Positions 13,943 through 22,922 of a DNA stretch of 36,924 nucleotides are shown here, in pieces. The position numbers were made by a program, and so were the translations under genes. This DNA is from an uncultured Eubacteriales bacterium (GTDB taxonomy: Bacteria > Bacillota > Clostridia > Monoglobales > Firm-18). Numbering within the stretch: the first letter of the stretch is position 1; each line of letters starts with the position of its first letter. The notes below the pieces were generated by a model. That model had not been told where the DNA came from, ran no database searches, and saw nothing but the letters and a program-made list of their open reading frames with translations. The stretch covers positions 1 to 36,924 of the forward strand of contig CAJLYO010000001.1 in assembly GCA_905210885.1 (NCBI GenBank), read 5' to 3'.

Positions 13943-15283
13943 ATGATTCACAAGTTTACCATGGACGGCATTAATATCGTGACCGATGTAAACAGCGGTG
14001 CCGTGCATATTGTGTCCGACTTGGTTTATAAATTAATCGACAGCACCGAGGCTGAGAAAAAGGAGCTTTCGTCTTATCCGGAGTCGGAAATATCCGAAGC
14101 GGCGGCAGAAATTGAACAGCTTAAAAACGACGGACTTCTTTTTACGGAGGATACCTATGCCGAGGCTGCAAAAAAGATAAAGCGCCGTCCGGTTATAAAG
14201 GCGCTTTGCCTTCATGTTTCCCATGACTGTAATTTAAGATGCAAATATTGCTTTGCCGGCACAGGCTCGTTTTGCGGCGAGCGTTCTCTTATGTCGGAGA
14301 AAGTGGGAAAAGCGGCAATTGACTTTGTTATTGAAAGATCCGGCGGGCGCAAAAATATAGAAATTGACTTTTTCGGCGGCGAGCCCTTAATGAATTTCGA
14401 TGTTGTTAAAAAGCTTACTTACTACGCCGAGGAGCAGGGAGAGCTTCACGGCAAGAATTTCAGGCTTACTATAACCACAAACGGCGTTTTACTTGACGAG
14501 GAAAAACTTAAGTTTATAAACGAGCACATGTCAAACCTTGTTTTAAGCATTGACGGACGCAAGGAGATAAACGATATGATGCGCCCGACGGTGAGCGGCG
14601 GCGGAAGTTATGATATAATTCTGCCTAAGTTTAAGCGCGCGGCTGAAAGCAGAAACCAGGATAATTACTATGTCCGCGGCACGTTTACGCGGCATAATCT
14701 CGATTTTGCGCGTGACGTTATTCATCTTGCGGATTTGGGCTTTAAGCAGATTTCCGTTGAGCCTGTTGTGGGCGGTGCGGATATGGATTATTCCCTTAAA
14801 AACGAGGACTTGCCGGTGATATTTGAACAGTATGAGGAGCTTGCGAAAGAATATGCAAAGCGCCAAAACGGAGATGACTGGTTTAATTTCTTTCACTTCA
14901 TGATTGACTTGGAACAGGGTCCGTGCGTTATAAAAAGAATGTCCGGCTGCGGTGCAGGGTGCGAGTACGTTGCGGTTACTCCCGACGGCGATATTTACCC
15001 GTGCCATCAGTTTGTGGGAAATAAGGATTTTCTTTTGGGCAATGTAACGGATAAGACATACAGTGACAGGCTGACTTCAAGTTTTGCGGACGCAAATGTG
15101 TACACAAAGCCGAAATGCAGCGAATGCTGGGCGAAATTCTATTGCAGCGGCGGCTGTCATGCGAATGCGTATCAGTTCTCCAAAGATATCATGACGCCTT
15201 ACGAAATAGGCTGTGAGCTTGAAAGAAAACGTGTGGAATGTGCATTATATATAAAGGCAAAGGAAATGCTTGATAGTGAGTAG
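13943..15283 (+). CDS. scfB: Radical SAM/SPASM thioether-forming SCIFF maturase
   Basis: Carries the CNLRCKYC radical SAM cluster, FFGGEPL, and C-terminal SPASM cysteine clusters (CGAGCEYVAVTPDGDIYPCHQF; CSECWAKFYCSGGCHANA). The N-terminus MIHKFTMDGINIVTDVNSGAVHIV is typical of the family. The start is set at ATG 13943 because the track GTG at 13904 lies inside the terminator hairpin. Confidence 0.9.
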   Translation: MIHKFTMDGINIVTDVNSGAVHIVSDLVYKLIDSTEAEKKELSSYPESEISEAAAEIEQLKNDGLLFTEDTYAEAAKKIKRRPVIKALCLHVSHDCNLRCKYCFAGTGSFCGERSLMSEKVGKAAIDFVIERSGGRKNIEIDFFGGEPLMNFDVVKKLTYYAEEQGELHGKNFRLTITTNGVLLDEEKLKFINEHMSNLVLSIDGRKEINDMMRPTVSGGGSYDIILPKFKRAAESRNQDNYYVRGTFTRHNLDFARDVIHLADLGFKQISVEPVVGGADMDYSLKNEDLPVIFEQYEELAKEYAKRQNGDDWFNFFHFMIDLEQGPCVIKRMSGCGAGCEYVAVTPDGDIYPCHQFVGNKDFLLGNVTDKTYSDRLTSSFADANVYTKPKCSECWAKFYCSGGCHANAYQFSKDIMTPYEIGCELERKRVECALYIKAKEMLDSE

Positions 15284-15300
15284 GAAATAGGAGGTGCGCT

Positions 15301-16287
15301 ATGGACAGGATTGAAGAAATGCTTGCCCGGTATAAAAGCTGGTGCGAAAAGCTTGGTATTGTGACCGCCGGTGATATAAACAGGATTATTGACGAGGGCA
15401 AGACAGACACTTTAATTAACTTAAGCGAAATATGGCATGAACAGAATATTTCCGAAATAGCGGAAAAAATACGGGATAATATCCGTGAGAAACGCATCGT
15501 TATGATAAGCGGTCCGTCCTCTTCGGGGAAAACCTCGTTTGCCAAAAAGCTTCAGCTCCATTTGCGCGTCCTCGGTATAAATGCCGTTTCGATTTCCATG
15601 GACGACTATTATATCGAGTCGGAAAAAATGCCGAAAAATCCCGACGGTACCCCGGATTACGAGGCGCTCCAATCAATCGATTACATGCGTTTTAACCGCG
15701 ATATGGAGCTTTTGACAATTGGCGAAACTGCCGTGATGCCGCGCATGGATTTTGAAACCGGCGTAATAAACCAGACTGCCACTACTCTAAAGCTTGAAAA
15801 AGATGAAATTATAATTGTTGAGGGCATACACGGTCTTAATGATAAGATTATTTCGAACATCGACAGCGAACGCAAATATAAAATATACTGCTCTGCCCTG
15901 ACGGCGCTGAGCACGGACGACGGCAAGCGTATAAAATCGCGCACCATCCGCTTTATACGGCGGCTTATCCGTGATTATAAGTTCAGAAATTCCAGCTGCA
16001 AAAATACTTTCATGCTGTGGCCCGGGGTGGAGGAAGGGGCACGTAAAAATATATTTCCGTATACCGACACTGCGGACGTTATTTTTAATTCGTCCCTGCT
16101 TTATGAGCTTGCAGTGTACAAAAGCTTTTTGAATGAAGTTTTTGATAAAAGCGAATGTGACGAAAAGGACAGCGGTGAAATTGCAGCTTTGCGTGATTTG
16201 CTCGGAAATTTCCATGAGATACCGGCGCGGTCTACGCCTCATTCGTCCATTATCCGCGAATTTATCGGCGGAAGCACAATTTTATAA
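15301..16287 (+). CDS. Uridine kinase / phosphoribulokinase-family P-loop nucleoside kinase-like protein
   Basis: Carries Walker A GPSSSGKTSF, followed by SMDDYY and IIVEGIHGLN, as in Udk/PRK-family kinases. It starts 17 nt after scfB. Confidence 0.7.
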   Translation: MDRIEEMLARYKSWCEKLGIVTAGDINRIIDEGKTDTLINLSEIWHEQNISEIAEKIRDNIREKRIVMISGPSSSGKTSFAKKLQLHLRVLGINAVSISMDDYYIESEKMPKNPDGTPDYEALQSIDYMRFNRDMELLTIGETAVMPRMDFETGVINQTATTLKLEKDEIIIVEGIHGLNDKIISNIDSERKYKIYCSALTALSTDDGKRIKSRTIRFIRRLIRDYKFRNSSCKNTFMLWPGVEEGARKNIFPYTDTADVIFNSSLLYELAVYKSFLNEVFDKSECDEKDSGEIAALRDLLGNFHEIPARSTPHSSIIREFIGGSTIL

Positions 16288-16293
16288 AAACGG

Positions 16294-16322
16294 TTGACAT
16301 AGTATTGAATATCTGATATAAT
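16294..16322 (+). promoter_or_regulatory. Sigma-A promoter of the hemolysin III gene
   Basis: TTGACA (16294-16299), a 17-nt spacer, then TATAAT (16317-16322). Confidence 0.6.
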
Positions 16323-16362
16323 AATATTAAATACCAGATGATAAACTTTGGAGGTAACTTTA

Positions 16363-17037
16363 ATGAAAAGAGTGAAATTGTCTGACCGAATTCTGCCCGA
16401 TTACACAAAGGGCGAGGAGATATTTAATATGGTGTCCCACATTGTGGGCGGCGCAGTGGGTATTGCCGGGCTTGTGCTGTGCGTTATAATTTCGGCATTC
16501 CACAAAAACCCGTGGGCGGTTGTGGGAAGCTCGATTTACGGCGCGTCAATGATAATTTTGTACACAATGTCAAGTATATATCACGGTTTGAGCCCTAAAT
16601 TAACAGCCAAAAAAGTGTTTCAGATCATCGACCACTGCTCGATTTTTCTGCTAATTGCAGGCACGTATACGCCAATTGCCCTGACGGGGCTGAGGGAGTA
16701 TAATGCTGTACTCGGCTGGACGGTTTTCGGTGTTGTATGGTTTGCGGCGGTTTTGGGAATCGTTTTAAATTCAATTGACATAAAGGCGTTTAAAACCTTT
16801 TCCGCTGTGTGCTATCTTATTATGGGCTGGTGCATTGTTTTTGCGTGGAAGCCCACCGCGGCGGTACTTACCAAAGGCGGCGTAATCTTTTTGGTTACCG
16901 GCGGTGTGTGCTATACAATCGGTGCGATGTTTTATTATTTCTTTAAGAAAAAAAGGTACATGCATTCCGTATTCCACCTTTTTGTGCTGTTCGGAAGCAT
17001 TTTGCACCTGTTTTGTATTATGTTTTATGTAATATAG
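16363..17037 (+). CDS. Hemolysin III / PAQR family 7-TM protein
   Basis: Seven TM helices, with the conserved N-terminal EE..N..SH, HC and C-terminal H..V motifs of the family. ATG 16363 lies 8 nt after GGAGG; the track TTG at 16348 overlaps the SD. Confidence 0.85.
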   Translation: MKRVKLSDRILPDYTKGEEIFNMVSHIVGGAVGIAGLVLCVIISAFHKNPWAVVGSSIYGASMIILYTMSSIYHGLSPKLTAKKVFQIIDHCSIFLLIAGTYTPIALTGLREYNAVLGWTVFGVVWFAAVLGIVLNSIDIKAFKTFSAVCYLIMGWCIVFAWKPTAAVLTKGGVIFLVTGGVCYTIGAMFYYFFKKKRYMHSVFHLFVLFGSILHLFCIMFYVI

Positions 17038-17066
17038 TTGACAACATGAAAATTTTGTGATAAAAT
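17038..17066 (+). promoter_or_regulatory. Sigma-A promoter of the thrS leader
   Basis: TTGACA (17038-17043), a 17-nt spacer, then TAAAAT (17061-17066) preceded by TGa (extended -10). It abuts the hemolysin III stop codon. Confidence 0.65.
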
Positions 17067-17072
17067 GTACCG

Positions 17073-17318
17073 GTAAAGGCGATGACGAAGACAGTAGCCT
17101 CATGTATGCGCCGTCAAGAGAGAGAAGCCGTCGGCTGGGAGCTTCTTACGGACATTTGGGGTGAACACCACTTTATCAGCCGCAGTGCGGAAATTTTAAA
17201 TAAGAGTATGTGCTGACGCGAGATTAACCCGGCGTTACGGGGAAAGAGTTAAAAATCAAGGTGGAACCGTGCATTTTTGCACCCTTGGCGTTTATTTGCC
17301 GAGGGTGTTTATTTTTTT
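17073..17318 (+). promoter_or_regulatory. T-box riboswitch leader with Thr specifier ACC
   Basis: Stem I elements are GATGACGAAG (GA/K-turn) and AGAGAGA. The specifier loop GTGAAC-ACC-A has ACC at 17167-17169 followed by a purine. The T-box sequence is AAGGTGGAACCGTG (17258-17271). The terminator CACCCTTGGC (17280-17289) with GCCGAGGGTG (17298-17307) plus TTTATTTTTTT shares its 5' arm with a possible antiterminator helix. Confidence 0.85.
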
Positions 17319-17336
17319 ATGAAGGAGATTTGTAAG

Positions 17337-19100
17337 ATGAAGGTAATTTATAATGACGGCAGAGTGGACGTATGTCCTCCGGAGGAGGAACTTCACGTTA
17401 TGCGCCATACCGCCGCGCACATTATGGCGCAGGCGATAAAGCGTCTTTATCCTCATGCGGATTTTGCATACGGCCCGGCAAACGAAAAAGGCTTTTACTA
17501 TGATGTTGATTTGGGCGACACAAAGCTTTCCGAGGAGGATTTGCAGAAAATCGAGGCTGAAATGAAAAAAATCGTGAAGGAAAACATTCCGATTAAGCCT
17601 TTTATTCTCCCCAGGGACGAGGCAGTAAAGCTTATGCATGATAACGGCGAGAAATATAAGGAGGAGCACATAGGCGACCTTCCCGATGACGCTGTGATAA
17701 GCTTTTACAAGCAGGGGGATTACACTGATATGTGCGTCGGCCCTCATCTTTGCTATACAAAGGCATTAAAGGCGTTTAAAATAACAGGTCAGTCCGGCGC
17801 GTACTGGAAAAATGACAAGAATAACAAGATGCTTACCAGAATTAAGGGTATCGCTTTCCCCACACAGCAGGAGCTTGACGATTATCTTAAGCTTTTGGAG
17901 GAGGCTGAAAAGCGTGACCACCGCCGTATAGGCAAGGAAATGGGTCTTTTCATGATGAGCGAGGAGGCGCCAGGATTTCCGTTTTTCCTGCCCAAGGGTA
18001 TGGCGCTTAAGAACGCTCTTATCGATTACTGGCGCGATATTCACACACGCGACAATTATGTTGAGGTTTCAACTCCGCTTATTATGAACCGCCATTTGTG
18101 GGAAACAAGCGGACACTGGGATCACTATAAGGATAATATGTATTCCACCGTTATTGACGACGAGATTTACTGCGTTAAGCCCATGAACTGCCCCGGTGGG
18201 GTTATGGTGTACCGCAGTCAGCCTCACAGCTACCGTGACCTTCCCATGCGCGTGGGCGAGCTTGGTTTGGTTCACCGTCATGAGCTTAAGGGTGCGCTGC
18301 ACGGTCTGTTTCGTGTACGCTGCTTTACTCAGGACGATGCTCACATCTTTATGCGCCGCGAACAGATTACGGACGAAATTATCGGCGTTGTTCATCTTAT
18401 AAACGAAGTATATGAGAAATTCGGATTCAAGTACTTTATTGAGCTTTCCACAAGACCTGACGACAGTATGGGAAGCGATGAGGACTGGGAGGCTGCAACA
18501 GAGGGTCTTAAGGCTGCGCTTGAAAAGCTTAATCTGCCTTATACCATTAACGAAGGCGACGGCGCTTTCTACGGTCCGAAGATTGACTTCCACCTTGAGG
18601 ACAGCCTTGGCAGAACATGGCAGTGCGGCACAATTCAGCTTGACTTCCAGATGCCTTTGAACTTTGACCTTGAGTATGTTGACGAGAAGGGCGAAAAACA
18701 GCGCCCCATAATGATTCACCGTGTATGCTTCGGTTCAATCGAACGTTTTATCGGTATTTTAACAGAGCATTTTGCAGGTAAGTACCCCGTATGGCTTGCG
18801 CCGGTTCAGGCAAAGGTTCTTGCGGTATCGGAAAAGAGCGCAGAGTATGCAAATAAGGTTTACGAGGCTTTGAAGGGTGCAAAAATCCGATGTGAACTGG
18901 ATAACAGAAATGAAAAAATCGGTTATATGATAAGAGAAGCACAGGTTGTTGACCGTGTTCCGTATATGCTTATAATCGGTCAGAAAGAGGTAGAGGCGGG
19001 CACTGTTTCGGTAAGAAACAGAGATACCGGCGAAACCGTTACAATGCCGCTTGACGAATTTATCGGAAAGATTTCGGCAGAGATTAAAGACAGAGTTTAA
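17337..19100 (+). CDS. thrS: Threonine--tRNA ligase
   Basis: Carries the editing-domain motifs RHTAAH and MCVGPH, a class II catalytic core and a C-terminal anticodon-binding domain. ATG 17337 lies 9 nt after GAAGGAG; the track start at 17277 lies inside the T-box terminator. Confidence 0.95.
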   Translation: MKVIYNDGRVDVCPPEEELHVMRHTAAHIMAQAIKRLYPHADFAYGPANEKGFYYDVDLGDTKLSEEDLQKIEAEMKKIVKENIPIKPFILPRDEAVKLMHDNGEKYKEEHIGDLPDDAVISFYKQGDYTDMCVGPHLCYTKALKAFKITGQSGAYWKNDKNNKMLTRIKGIAFPTQQELDDYLKLLEEAEKRDHRRIGKEMGLFMMSEEAPGFPFFLPKGMALKNALIDYWRDIHTRDNYVEVSTPLIMNRHLWETSGHWDHYKDNMYSTVIDDEIYCVKPMNCPGGVMVYRSQPHSYRDLPMRVGELGLVHRHELKGALHGLFRVRCFTQDDAHIFMRREQITDEIIGVVHLINEVYEKFGFKYFIELSTRPDDSMGSDEDWEAATEGLKAALEKLNLPYTINEGDGAFYGPKIDFHLEDSLGRTWQCGTIQLDFQMPLNFDLEYVDEKGEKQRPIMIHRVCFGSIERFIGILTEHFAGKYPVWLAPVQAKVLAVSEKSAEYANKVYEALKGAKIRCELDNRNEKIGYMIREAQVVDRVPYMLIIGQKEVEAGTVSVRNRDTGETVTMPLDEFIGKISAEIKDRV

Positions 19101-19108
19101 TAAAAAAG

Positions 19109-19136
19109 CCGGGCGGCATTTGCCGCTCGGTTTTTT
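19109..19136. terminator. Bidirectional intrinsic terminator between thrS and cimA
   Basis: Stem CCGGGCGGC (19109-19117) pairs with GCCGCTCGG (19122-19130) including one G-U pair, with loop ATTT. It is flanked by AAAAAA upstream and TTTTTT downstream. Confidence 0.75.
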
Positions 19137-20703
19137 ACATATCTATACTTGAAAGATAATATTCTACGCTGTCCACAAGGGCAAGCCATGATGCTTCGAT
19201 AATATCCTGGGAAACGCCAACCGTGCGCCATACGCGGTCACCGTCAGATGAGGTTATAAGAACGCGTACACGTGATGCGGTGCCGTCTTGCGAGCCGAGA
19301 ACTCTAACCTTATAATCCTTAAGATATACATTTGATATAATGGGATAAAAAGCGCCGAGAGCTTTTCTGAGCGCCGTGTCAAGGGCGTTTACAGGTCCGT
19401 TTCCCTTTGCGGCGGTTGTTTCGTTTGTTCCGTCAACACCGATTGTTATCATAGCAGTTGCACTTTTGTCTATTACCGGCTCGCTTATCATAACGTTAAA
19501 TTCAACCAAATCAAAGTGCGGTTTATATCGGTCAAGCTCTTTTGCAACAAGCAGGTGCACCGAACCTTCCGCCGCTTCAAAGTCGTACCCTGACTGTTCA
19601 AGCTTTTTTAGTTTTTTTAGAATTTTTTTTGTTTGTGCGCTGTCCTTGCCAAGGCTTGGCTCAACGGAACGTATTGCCGGCAAAAGCGCCGACCTTCCGC
19701 CCATTTCGTTTATAAGCAGTGTACGTTTATTGCCTGTAAGCTCCGGGTTAACGTGCTCGTATGAGCGCGCGTCCTTTAAAACCGCGTCGGTGTGCATGCC
19801 GCCCTTGTGGGTGAATGCCGACGCGCCCACGTAGGGAAGGTGCGCGTCTTGGGACACGTTTAGAATTTCGCATATGCTCCGTGAAACCTTGGTAAGATTT
19901 TTTATGTTTTCGGGCGGTATACATTCATAGCCGAGCTTCAGCTGTAAATTCCCGATAACCGTGCAAAGATTGCTGTTGCCGCACCGTTCGCCGAAACCGC
20001 CGAAGGTTCCCTGAACCTGACGTGCTCCGTTTTCAACCGCGAAGTAACTGCAAGCTTCCGCCATACCCATGTCGTTATGGGCATGTATGCCGATTTGCAC
20101 ATCGGGGAAAGCCGCCGCGATCTCTTTTGTAACACGTCCGATTTCGTCCGGAAATGTTCCGCCGTTGGTGTCGCACAGCACAACCGCGCAGGCACCGGCG
20201 TTTACCGCCGTTTTGACAGCTGCCATGGCGTAGGCGCTGTTATCACGGTATCCGTCAAAAAAGTGTTCCGCATCAAAAAACACCTTTTTGTTTTTTGAAA
20301 CAAGATATTTGATTGTGCTTTCAATCAGATTTAAGTTTTTCTCCTTGCCTGTGCACAGTATATTTTTAACATGAAAAACCGAGGTTTTTCCGAACACCGT
20401 TACGTATTCGGTGTCCGCCTCCAAAACGCTTGCAAGAGCCGCGTCCTCCTCGGGCGGCACCCCCAGCTTGTGGGTGCTTGTGAATGCAACCGGCTTTGCG
20501 TTTGCAAGCTTAAGCTTTTTTATCTCGCGGAAAAATTCTCTGTCCTTTGGGTTAGAGCCGGGATTTCCGCATTCTATGTAATCAATTCCTAAGTTGTCAA
20601 GGTATGACGTTACCGCAAGCTTGTCCTGAAGGGAAAACGAAATTCCTTCGCTTTGGGCTCCGTCACGCAGAGTGCTGTCAAATATACTGATTTTTTTGTT
20701 CAC
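19135..20703 (-). CDS. cimA: Citramalate synthase-type member of the LeuA/HMGL family
   Basis: Starts IFDSTLRDGAQSEGISFS, and has a DRE-TIM domain plus a C-terminal LeuA-dimer regulatory domain. Its length (522 aa) and N-terminus fit the CimA-like branch. Substrate specificity is not provable from sequence. Confidence 0.7.
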   Translation of the reverse strand: MNKKISIFDSTLRDGAQSEGISFSLQDKLAVTSYLDNLGIDYIECGNPGSNPKDREFFREIKKLKLANAKPVAFTSTHKLGVPPEEDAALASVLEADTEYVTVFGKTSVFHVKNILCTGKEKNLNLIESTIKYLVSKNKKVFFDAEHFFDGYRDNSAYAMAAVKTAVNAGACAVVLCDTNGGTFPDEIGRVTKEIAAAFPDVQIGIHAHNDMGMAEACSYFAVENGARQVQGTFGGFGERCGNSNLCTVIGNLQLKLGYECIPPENIKNLTKVSRSICEILNVSQDAHLPYVGASAFTHKGGMHTDAVLKDARSYEHVNPELTGNKRTLLINEMGGRSALLPAIRSVEPSLGKDSAQTKKILKKLKKLEQSGYDFEAAEGSVHLLVAKELDRYKPHFDLVEFNVMISEPVIDKSATAMITIGVDGTNETTAAKGNGPVNALDTALRKALGAFYPIISNVYLKDYKVRVLGSQDGTASRVRVLITSSDGDRVWRTVGVSQDIIEASWLALVDSVEYYLSSIDM

Positions 20704-20718
20704 GGCAAAAAACCTCCG

Positions 20719-22215
20719 TCAGATTTTGTTAACGGCGCTTAAATAAGCAAGAATGGACGATTCGATAATATCCGTGCTGATACCGCGGCCCATATATATT
20801 TTATCATCGCATTTTATGCGCACGCTTACTTCACCGATAGCGTCGCGTCCGCCGGTTACCGCACGGATATTGTAATCCGTTAGCTTTATATCGCGTCCGG
20901 TTATTTCGTTAATCGCGTTGTAGCACGCATCAATCGGACCTTCGCCGGTTGAGGCACAGGTCTTTATTACTCCGTCCTCTTTAAGCTCTAAAGTGGTGGT
21001 GTTAATAACCTGATTTCCGGTAGTAATCTGATAGCGCACAAGCTCATACTTTTTGCCTTTGTCGCGGCTTTTGTCGTCAACAATTGCGTACAGATCGTCA
21101 TCGGTAATTTCCTTTTTCCTGTCGGCAAGCTGTTTAAAACGTTCAAAGCTTTCCTTCAAATGTTCCTCGTCAACTGCTATGCCAAGCTCTGACAGACGCT
21201 GAGCAAACGCGTGTTTTCCGCTGTGTTTGCCCAAAACTATGCGGTTGTCGGAAAGACCTATCGACTTTGGCGTCATGATTTCATATGTTAAAGCGTTGCT
21301 TAAAACACCGTGCTGATGTATTCCGCTTTCGTGAGCAAAGGCATTTGCACCCACAATCGGCTTGTTAACCGGGACAAACACACCGGTAACGGAGCTTATA
21401 AGCCTGCTTGTACGGCTTATTTTTGTCGTGTCTATACGGCAGTTAACGTCAAAGTAATCGCGCCTTGTGTTAAACAGCATAACAAGCTCTTCCAAAGAAG
21501 CGTTGCCGGCGCGTTCGCCTATGCCGTTGCATGTACATTCAATCTGTGTTGCTCCCGACATAACCGCGGCAGCGGAGTTTGCAACCGCAAGACCTAAGTC
21601 GTTGTGGCAGTGCACGGCAATATCAACATTATCCGCACCCGGAATTTCAGCCTTTGCACGGGCGATAAGCCGTCCGAAGCCGGCAGGTTCGGAATAACCC
21701 ACCGTGTCCGGAATGTTAATGCATGTGGCGCCGGATTTTATTGCCTCCTCGTATACCTTGAACAGAAAATCTATGTCTGTTCTGGTGGCGTCCTCGGCGG
21801 AAAACTGGATATCGTACATAAGGGATTTTGCGTATTTTACGGAGTCGCGCACCTTTGCCAGAACCTGCTCACGCGTCATGTGGAGCTTGTATTGCAAATG
21901 AATGTCGCTTGTCGCGATAAATACGTGAATTCTGGGCGCAACCGCCGGGCGCAGCGCCTCGTATGCCCTGTCAATATCGTGCTTGTCACAGCGGGCAAGG
22001 GACACTATGTGAGAGTTCTTAACCGCTTTTGAAATTTCGTTTATGCTTTCAAAGTCACCGTCTGAGGAAATGGCAAAGCCCGCTTCGATATAATCAGCGC
22101 CCAGCTTTTCAAGGGCTTTTGCCACCTCAGTTTTTTCCTGTGTATTAAGGTTAACCCCTGCCATCTGTTCGCCGTCGCGGAGGGTTGTATCAAATATTTT
22201 TATTTGCCTTGCCAT
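20719..22215 (-). CDS. leuA: 2-isopropylmalate synthase
   Basis: Carries [28 protein letters not shown] and HESGIHQHG, plus a C-terminal regulatory domain. This is the classic short bacterial LeuA. Confidence 0.88.
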   Translation of the reverse strand: MARQIKIFDTTLRDGEQMAGVNLNTQEKTEVAKALEKLGADYIEAGFAISSDGDFESINEISKAVKNSHIVSLARCDKHDIDRAYEALRPAVAPRIHVFIATSDIHLQYKLHMTREQVLAKVRDSVKYAKSLMYDIQFSAEDATRTDIDFLFKVYEEAIKSGATCINIPDTVGYSEPAGFGRLIARAKAEIPGADNVDIAVHCHNDLGLAVANSAAAVMSGATQIECTCNGIGERAGNASLEELVMLFNTRRDYFDVNCRIDTTKISRTSRLISSVTGVFVPVNKPIVGANAFAHESGIHQHGVLSNALTYEIMTPKSIGLSDNRIVLGKHSGKHAFAQRLSELGIAVDEEHLKESFERFKQLADRKKEITDDDLYAIVDDKSRDKGKKYELVRYQITTGNQVINTTTLELKEDGVIKTCASTGEGPIDACYNAINEITGRDIKLTDYNIRAVTGGRDAIGEVSVRIKCDDKIYMGRGISTDIIESSILAYLSAVNKI

Positions 22216-22256
22216 TTTTATTCCCCCTTGTTTTTGTTTTGTATAAGGTATGTTTG

Positions 22257-22922
22257 CTATTTTATAAATTCCCTGACTCTGAGCTCGCAGCCGTGCTGTT
22301 TTGCGATTTCACGGCATGCTTCGATGTCCTCTTTGGGCAGAATATCAACAATTGAAAAAATTGTTCTCATGCCGAGCTTTGCGCATTTTTCGCCGAATTC
22401 CAAAAGTGCGTCATATGCTGCCTCGCCGTAGTCGCTGTGGCATTGTGCCTGATATTCCTGCTTGTTTTTATTGTTTAAGCTTATGGAAACAACGTCAAAA
22501 AGCCCTTTCATATCGGGAGTTACGTCCTTTTTGCAAATCAGGTTTGCCTGACCGTTTGTATTTACTCTTATGCTCTTAACGTTCTTTGTGCGAAGCCACT
22601 TTGCAACCTCCAGACAATCGTAAAACCGCATAAACGGTTCTCCGAAGCCGCAGAAAACAACTTCGTCAAATGAGGCAAGGTCACGTTTTTCAAGGTCGGA
22701 TATAACCTCTGCAACCGTAGGCTCATGGTCAAGCCAAAGCTCGTTTGTTCCGCTTAAATCATCGCTGGTTTCCCAACGTTCGCTTTCCACCGTTTCGTGG
22801 TCTTTTGAAGCGCGCAGGCAAAAATCACAACTGTTTGAACAGCGGTTTGTCATGTTAATATAAAGTGAATTTCCAAGATTATATGATATTATCAATTTCG
22901 TACACCTTCTTTGCGTTCTCAT
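22257..22922 (-). CDS. Small radical SAM protein, TatD-associated family
   Basis: Carries the CSNSCDFC (CxxxCxxC) cluster and a GFGEP SAM-binding motif in about 210-220 aa. It overlaps the 3' end of tatD. An alternative start, TTG 22895, lies 7 nt after GAAGGTG and would give a 17-nt overlap. Confidence 0.8.
   Translation of the reverse strand: MRTQRRCTKLIISYNLGNSLYINMTNRCSNSCDFCLRASKDHETVESERWETSDDLSGTNELWLDHEPTVAEVISDLEKRDLASFDEVVFCGFGEPFMRFYDCLEVAKWLRTKNVKSIRVNTNGQANLICKKDVTPDMKGLFDVVSISLNNKNKQEYQAQCHSDYGEAAYDALLEFGEKCAKLGMRTIFSIVDILPKEDIEACREIAKQHGCELRVREFIK

Noticed and set aside
17277-17336. The ORF track gives an N-terminal extension of thrS (MHPWRLFAEGVYFFMKEICK).
   Set aside because: It is encoded by the T-box terminator stem and U-tract. 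The true start at 17337 has a GAAGGAG SD.
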